Virus record (IMG/VR): IMGVR_UViG_3300020034_000015
Span: 1-58,194 of that record
DNA: 58,194 nucleotides
Reading direction: 5' to 3' (one strand)
Source: a virus
Lineage: Duplodnaviria > Caudoviricetes
The position numbers were made by a program, and so were the translations under genes. Below, piece by piece: positions 52,370-58,194 of this stretch; position 1 is the first letter of the stretch, and each line of letters starts with the position of its first letter. The notes below the pieces were generated by a model, which searched no databases, was not told the origin of the DNA, and was given only the letters and a program-made list of their open reading frames with translations.

Positions 52370-55300
52370 GTGCCCACGACCGTCGGTTCGGCTCAGGTCC
52401 GGCTGGCCCCTTCACTCACCGGGTTCGCCCAGCGGCTGCGCACCGAACTCCGGGGCATCAGCACCGATGACCTGAGCGTCGGGATCTTCCCCAAGCTGAA
52501 CCAGGCGGCGGCCAACAAGGTCACCCGGGACCTCGACAAGCTCACCAAGGCGCGGACCGTACCGATCTTCGCCTCCGTCGACACCCGTGTCGCCGCCGAC
52601 GAGATCGACGCGCTCACCCGCAACCGCACCTCGACCATCCGCCTCGATGCCGACACCCGCGTAGCGGCCGACGAGATCGACCTCCTCACCCGCGATCGCA
52701 CCGTCACCGTCCGAACCCGCACCGTCGGGGGCACCGGTGGCGGCTCAAGCCCCGTAGGAGCAGCCGGGGCAGGCGAGGACATCAAGGGGACGCTCATCTC
52801 CCTGGCCCCGGCCCTGGCCCCCGTCGCGGCGTACCTGACGTCCATCGCGGTGGCCGGCGGCGCAGCCCTGGTGTCCGTCGGGGCGTTCGGCGCGGCGGTG
52901 AAGCCGCAGATCGCCATGTTCACCGGCCTCGCGGCGGCCGAGGACAACGCCGGCGCGGCCGTCAAGAAGTACGGCGTCGCCTCCAAGGAGGCTTACGAGG
53001 CTCAGGACGCCGTCGCTGCGACTCTCGACGCGATGCCGGAGCAGACCCGGCGCGCCGCGGTGGCGTTCACGATCCTGCGGAGCGACTTCAAGGACTGGTC
53101 GAACTCCATGTCGGAGTTCACGATGACCCCGGTCACCCAGGGCATCGCCGTTGTCGACAAGATCCTGCCGCACCTGTCGCCGCTGGTGAAGGACACCTCC
53201 AACCAGCTGTCCCGGCTGACGACCATCGCGGGCGGCGCGGTCAACACGCCTGGCTTCGACAAGATGATGGGCAAGTTCAGCACGTTCTCCGCGAAGGTCC
53301 TCAAGGAGATCGTCGACGAGACCGTGCATTTCTCCCGGATCCTCAGCGAGGGCAAGGCCAGTGGCCCCGCCAGCGAGTTCATGGCGTACGCCAAGGAGAA
53401 CGGCCCCGAGGTCAAGAAGACCCTCACCGACATTGCCACGGCCGTCCTGCACGTCGTCCAGGGCGTCTCGGAGGCCGGCCCGAGCATGCTCACGGTGGTC
53501 GACGCCGCCGCGCAGCTGGTGTCCGCGCTGCCTCCGGAGTTCATCGGCCGCGCACTCCAGCTCTACACCACTTTCAGGCTGTACAAGCTCGCCAGCTCCG
53601 GCGTCACCGCGCTGGGGGGCAGCCTGAAAGTGGTGTAGAGCTGGCTGACCGCCGTCCGCGCCGCCTCGACAGCGGCCGGCGGCGGCCTCACGGGTGTGCG
53701 CGCAGCCATCGCCGGCCTGTCGACGGGGGCGAAGATCGGCGGGGCGCTGCTGGCGGTCGCCGCTGTGGTGCTGGTGCTCAACAAGCTGAGCAGCTCCGGT
53801 AAGAAGGCCCCCGACGTCGACCGGATGACGACCGCCATCGGGGACTTGGGCCGCACCGGCAAGGTCACCGGTGAGGCGGCGCGTTCCTTCGGCAAGGATC
53901 TGTCGGGCCTGAATGAGTCCATCGACCGCCTCAACGGCGGCGGTTCCAAGATGGATCACTTCAACGACGCGATGAACAAGGTGTTCTCGCTGGGCATGGC
54001 CAAGTCCAACAGTGCGAAGGCCGCGTCCAAGGACCTCGACGCCGTCGACAAGTCCCTGGCCAACCTGGTGTCGGGCGGCAAGGCGGATCTCGCGTCTGAG
54101 GCCGTCAAGCGGCTCACTGCCAGTTACGCCAAGACGGGCAAGCCGACGTCGGACCTCACGTCCAAGCTCGACGACTACCAGAGTGCCCTGGCCGACGCGA
54201 AGTTCGAGAGCGACCTCACCGCCGACTCGATGGGTCTGTTCGGCAACCAGGCGCAGCGGGTCCAGTCGCAGCTCGACGGGCAGAAGAAGAGCGCCGATGG
54301 CCTGCGGCAGTCGATCCAGGCGCTGAACGACGTCAACCGGGCAGCGATCAGTGCCCAGTCGGACTTCGAGCAGGCCATCGACGACGCGAAGAAGGCGGTC
54401 GACAAGCACCACCACGCCCTGTCGATGACCAACGGTGAGCTGAACCTCAGCAGCCAGGCCGCCCGTGACGCCTATCAGCCGCTGTCCGACCTTGCGGCGA
54501 AGACGGACGCCGCGACGGCGGCCGCCCTGGACCAGGGCAAGTCGTGGACGGACGTCAAGGGGACGTACGACCGGGGCCGCTCCTCTCTGATCAAGACCGC
54601 CCACCAGATGGGTCTGACCACCAGCGAGGCCAAGACTCTCGCCAGCCAGATCCTGAAGACCCCGGACAAGACTGCTTACCTCAGGGGCAACATCACCGAC
54701 CTGAAGGACAAGGTCGGCAAGGCGCAGGCCAGCCTCAAGGGCGTCAAGGGGCCCAAGGCGGTGGCGATCAAAGGCAACATCGCCCAGCTCAACAACGTGA
54801 TCCGGGACGCACAGGCCAAGATCAACAACCTGCACGGGACGTCCGTCGACATCCTCACCACGTACACGATCGTCAAGGGCAAGCCCGTCAACGTGGCGCA
54901 TGAGGGGGGCGGCTACGCCACCGGCGGCATCTTGCCCGGCTATACCCCCGGCAAGGACGTCCACCACTTCTACAGCCCCACCGGCGGCGGCCTGAACCTG
55001 TCCGGCGGCGAGGCCGTCATGAGGCCCGAGTGGACCCGTGCGGTCGGCCCGGCCATGGTCAACGCCTGGAACCGCCTATCGCGCTCGCAGGGCGTGGCCG
55101 GTGTCCGGCGGGCGATGGGCTTCAAGGACGGCGGCGTCCTCGGCAGGGTCCAGAGCTTCGCCACCGGCGGCGTCGTCACCCTGAAGTCGGCGCAGTCGTC
55201 GTACGACTCCATCCTGGCCCGGGTCAACGCCGACCAGACGGCCGTCAACCAGGCGCAGGCCGCATACAACCGGGCGCACAGCCAGGCCGACAAGGCCCGC

Positions 55301-56455
55301 GCCCAGTCCATGCTCCGCGACGCCCGGCTACAGCTCAAGGAGGACCGGCAGAAGGAGGCCACCGCAGCCAAGCGCCTCAACGAGGCGCAGAAGCGGGCCA
55401 ACACCTACGCGGCGGCCGTCAAGAAGCGCAACGGCGCGGTGCAGAACGTCCTCGACAAGCTCGCGGCGAACTTCACCAAGAGCATGACCGGGTCTGCGTC
55501 GCAGATCACGTCCACGTCGAACAGCATGATCACGGCGTTGCAGCGGCTCAGGGACAGCGCGGTGACCGCCAACGGGCGCAAGGCCACGATCAACACGATC
55601 AACCTGGTCCGCACCGACACCGGCAAGCTCACCACCCTCGCGGGCAAGCGCGACTCGCTCAATTCCACGATCGCCACGGCCAACGCCTACGCGGCCAGCG
55701 CCTCCGACAGCGCCAAGTCCTCCGCTGGCCTGACCAGCCTGTTCAGTGGTGCAGGGCCCTTCAACGCCAAGAGCGTCCTGTACGGCCTCAACGTCCGGCT
55801 GGCGCAGATCAAGAAGTTCTCCTCCAACCTGGCGCTGCTCGCCAAGCGCGGCCTGAACAAGGGCTTGCTCAACCAGCTCGTCCAGGCAGGCCCCGAGCAG
55901 GGCGGCACCTACGCGCAGGCGCTGGCTGACGCGTCGACTGCGGACCTCAAGTCGATCAACTCGGCTCAGGTCCAGATCGACAGCGCGTCCACGGCGTACG
56001 GCAAGGGCGTCGCCGACTCGATGTACGACAGCGGGAAGCAGGCGGGGAAGGGCTTCCTGACCGGCTTGCAGGCGCAGGAGAAGGACATCGAGAAGGAGAT
56101 GTCGGTCCTCGCCAAGAAGATCGAGGCGGCCATCAGGAAGGCCCTGGAGATCAAGTCGCCGTCGAGGCTGACGCAGCGGCTGGGCGGGCTGACCGGTGAG
56201 GGCTTCCTCGTCGGTTTCCGCAACAAGCACCCGGAGATCGAAGCCAGCGCCCGGCGCATGGCGGCGCTGGTCGCCGGGGCCTCCGCTGAGCGCGTCCGGG
56301 TGGCCCAGCCGCTGTCTGCCGCGGGCGCGCAGGGAACCGCCGGCGGCTCGATCACGTACCAGATCAACGCGAGGACGGCCGATTTCAAGATGTCGGACCT
56401 CCAGACACTCCAGCGCCAGCAGGAGGCCCGGCAACGGGTGGGGAGGCCGTACTAG
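52370..56455 (+). CDS. Tape measure protein interrupted by one in-frame TAG (53636-53638)
   Basis: ORFs 52370..53638 and 53696..56455 share a frame and the 57 nt between them are open. TMP-like start (VGSAQVRLAP) and C-terminal YATGG and IKSPSR motifs. Confidence 0.85.
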
Positions 56456-57427
56456 ATGCCCATCCTCGCGACACCGGTCATCGCACCCCCGCCACCTCCG
56501 CCTCCGCCACCGCCTCCTCCGGTGGTACTGCCGGACGTCGGACTGGCGACCGCGACGTACTTCGACCCGTCCGGTACAGCGTGGCCGCTGACGGACGACG
56601 CGCCGGAGCGCGGCTGGTTCACCCTTGCCGACGGCGTGTCCGGCCTCGGCGCGGCCCCGGTCTCGCTCACCACGGACCCGTACCCGCGGGGCGGGGCCAG
56701 GGTGCGGCACATCCAGCCGCAGCCGCGGACCATCGTCTGGCCCCTGCTCGTCTTCGGCAGCACCCACATGGAGTTCGTGGGCCGCTGGCGCAACCTGGCG
56801 CGGGCCCTGACGGACACCTCCCGCTACGGGCCGGGAATCCTGGAGATCGCCCGCCCGGACGGCAGCCTGCGGCGCATCCCGGTGTACTACCAGGACGGCT
56901 GGGAGGGCCAGGCCACACAGGGATACGGGCGGGTCATCGACAGTGGGGTCGTCACCTGGTTCTGCGAGGACCCCTACTGGACGGACCCGGTGCCCGTTAC
57001 CGATCACCGCGAGTCCGGGACCGGTGTGAGTTTCCTCGACCCGTACCCCCAGGTGTCATCCAGCCAGGTCCTCGGCGCGACGACGCTCGTCAACCCCGGC
57101 GACGCCATCGGGTGGCCGACCTGGACGATCACCGGCCCGGCATCCGCGATCACCTGCACCAACAACGACACCGGTGAGTCGTTCACGCTCACCCCGTCGG
57201 ACACCGGCCACGGCAACCTCCTGGCCGGCGAGAAGGTCACGGTCCGCACCGACCCCATGCAGGTCCGCTACCAGAACGGCGACGTGTGGACGCCGGCTCT
57301 GAACTGGCCTTCCGCACAGCTGTGGGGGCTTCAGCCCGGCACCAACGCCGTCACGTTCACGCTCTCCGGCTCCGGCACGGGCTCCGCGGTCGACGTGTCC
57401 TTCGAAGCCCGGTACGAAACAGCCTGA
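56456..57427 (+). CDS. Distal tail protein (Dit-like) with an N-terminal polyproline run
   Basis: GVSGLGAAP, PRTIVWPL, CEDPYW, NPGD..GWPTWTITGP and LQPGTN. Confidence 0.85.
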   Translation: MPILATPVIAPPPPPPPPPPPPVVLPDVGLATATYFDPSGTAWPLTDDAPERGWFTLADGVSGLGAAPVSLTTDPYPRGGARVRHIQPQPRTIVWPLLVFGSTHMEFVGRWRNLARALTDTSRYGPGILEIARPDGSLRRIPVYYQDGWEGQATQGYGRVIDSGVVTWFCEDPYWTDPVPVTDHRESGTGVSFLDPYPQVSSSQVLGATTLVNPGDAIGWPTWTITGPASAITCTNNDTGESFTLTPSDTGHGNLLAGEKVTVRTDPMQVRYQNGDVWTPALNWPSAQLWGLQPGTNAVTFTLSGSGTGSAVDVSFEARYETA

Positions 57428-57444
57428 CAGCGCTGGGGGTGACC

Positions 57445-58194
57445 ATGGCGATCGATCTGCTGGTCACCGACCGGAACCTGAACGTCCTCGGTGACCCCCT
57501 GGACGGCTGGACCGACCTCAGCTGTGACCTCAACTTCAAAACCCCGGCGACCGGGTCGGTGGCCATGCCCGCCCGCCCCGAGTACGAGGCGCTGCTCCAG
57601 CCCGGCAACAGGTTGGTCGTCATCCGTGACGGTGCTATCTGGTGCGCGGGGCCGATGGAGCAGCCCCAGCAGTTCGAGTGGGCCGTCGACGGCGAACAGG
57701 ACCCGGGCAAAGTCACCGTCGGCTTCTCCGACGACCTCGCCCGGATCGCCGGATACCTCACCTACCCCGACCCCACGGTGAACCTCGCCTCGCAGACCGT
57801 CGTCTCGGACCCCACCTACCAACTGACCGCCACCAACGCGGAGACCATCATCCGCACCCTGGTCAACCTCAACTGCGGGCCCGGCGCCATCACCGCGCGC
57901 AGGATCGAACAACTCGTCCTCGACACCGCCGCCGGCGTGGGCACCAACACCTCCATCAGCACCCGGTTCGAACCGCTCCTGGACGTGTGCCGGACCGTGG
58001 CCAGCGGGGACGGCCTCGGGTTCCGCACCTACCAGGTCGGCGACCAGATCAAGTTCGCCGTCTACGCCCCCGTCGACCGCACCGGCACCGCCCGCTTCTC
58101 CCGCAACCTCGGCAACCTGCGGTCTGCGAGTTTCACGCTCGCCGCGCCCACAGCCACCTCCGAGCTCGTCATGGGCGGTGCCGGTGCGGTCGAC
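57445..58194 (+). CDS. Minor tail protein (Gp37-like), N-terminal part, truncated by the window end
   Basis: ATG at 57445 with a GGGGG RBS; open to the end (MAIDLLVTDRNLNVLGDPLDGW...TRFEPLLD...FSRNLGNL). Confidence 0.85.
   Translation, partial: MAIDLLVTDRNLNVLGDPLDGWTDLSCDLNFKTPATGSVAMPARPEYEALLQPGNRLVVIRDGAIWCAGPMEQPQQFEWAVDGEQDPGKVTVGFSDDLARIAGYLTYPDPTVNLASQTVVSDPTYQLTATNAETIIRTLVNLNCGPGAITARRIEQLVLDTAAGVGTNTSISTRFEPLLDVCRTVASGDGLGFRTYQVGDQIKFAVYAPVDRTGTARFSRNLGNLRSASFTLAAPTATSELVMGGAGAVD

Larger units (their letters stand above)
1..58194. mobile_element. Temperate actinobacteriophage (siphovirus), near-complete circularly permuted genome
   Basis: Complete set of modules: terminase, portal, capsid, tail, tape measure, lysis, integrase, repressor, replication. 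High GC with Streptomyces-like codon usage. One tail gene is split across the two ends and no host genes are seen. Confidence 0.95.

Noticed and set aside
52575-52700. Duplicated DTRVAADEID segment in the tape measure gene
   Set aside because: An ordinary in-frame coding repeat of a TMP.
56480-56525. CCGCCTCCG-type microsatellite
   Set aside because: Encodes a polyproline run with mixed codons; no sign of a phase-variable tract.
1-58194. Many long overlapping or antisense ORFs in the track (e.g. 16609..18387, 31790..33679, 52745..54967, 55328..57007)
   Set aside because: Arg/Pro/Gly-rich shadow frames of real genes, expected at this GC content; no RBS and no motifs.
1-58194. CRISPR array, reverse transcriptase/DGR, retron, transposase, rRNA
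   Set aside because: No regularly spaced repeat-spacer array and no RT, Cas or transposase motifs were found by eye.
1-58194. Genome-wide TAG recoding or bldA (TTA) control
   Set aside because: TAG ends several clear genes and only one internal TAG was found. I saw no in-frame TTA codon in the genes checked, though the check was not exhaustive.

Overview
The whole window is one high-GC actinobacterial temperate siphophage genome, most likely from a Streptomyces-type host. No host genes are visible. The contig is circularly permuted inside a Gp37-like minor tail gene (57445..end continues at 1..434), so it looks like a near-complete excised or virion genome, with 18-nt fold-back artefacts at both ends. 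Gene order: distal tail and receptor genes including a glycerophosphodiesterase (GDPD) protein; lysis cassette (GH25 endolysin, holin); a Gly-rich fibre-like gene; a leftward operon of membrane and DNA-binding genes resembling plasmid spread genes, with a divergent HTH regulator (7.7-12.3 kb); accessory genes including a stand-alone WYL protein and an RHH-regulated promoter pair; XRE regulators; candidate attP and a tyrosine integrase; a small gene behind a LexA-like box; a repressor/Cro switch; recombination and replication genes (PD-(D/E)XK nuclease, Gp3-like protein, DnaQ-like exonuclease, RuvC-like resolvase, WhiB, DUF2303, helicase with internal iterons, DNA MTase); then packaging, head and tail genes. 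Most notable: (1) a TraB-less spread-like module whose two membrane-anchored HTH proteins each carry a dense array of short DNA repeats inside their own genes; (2) an in-frame TAG splitting the tape-measure gene; (3) a candidate SOS-inducible antirepressor; (4) RNA-structure elements at the scaffold and tail-chaperone start sites; (5) two small proteins that may be anti-defence factors. All family calls come from reading motifs by eye; no database search or folding computation was run.
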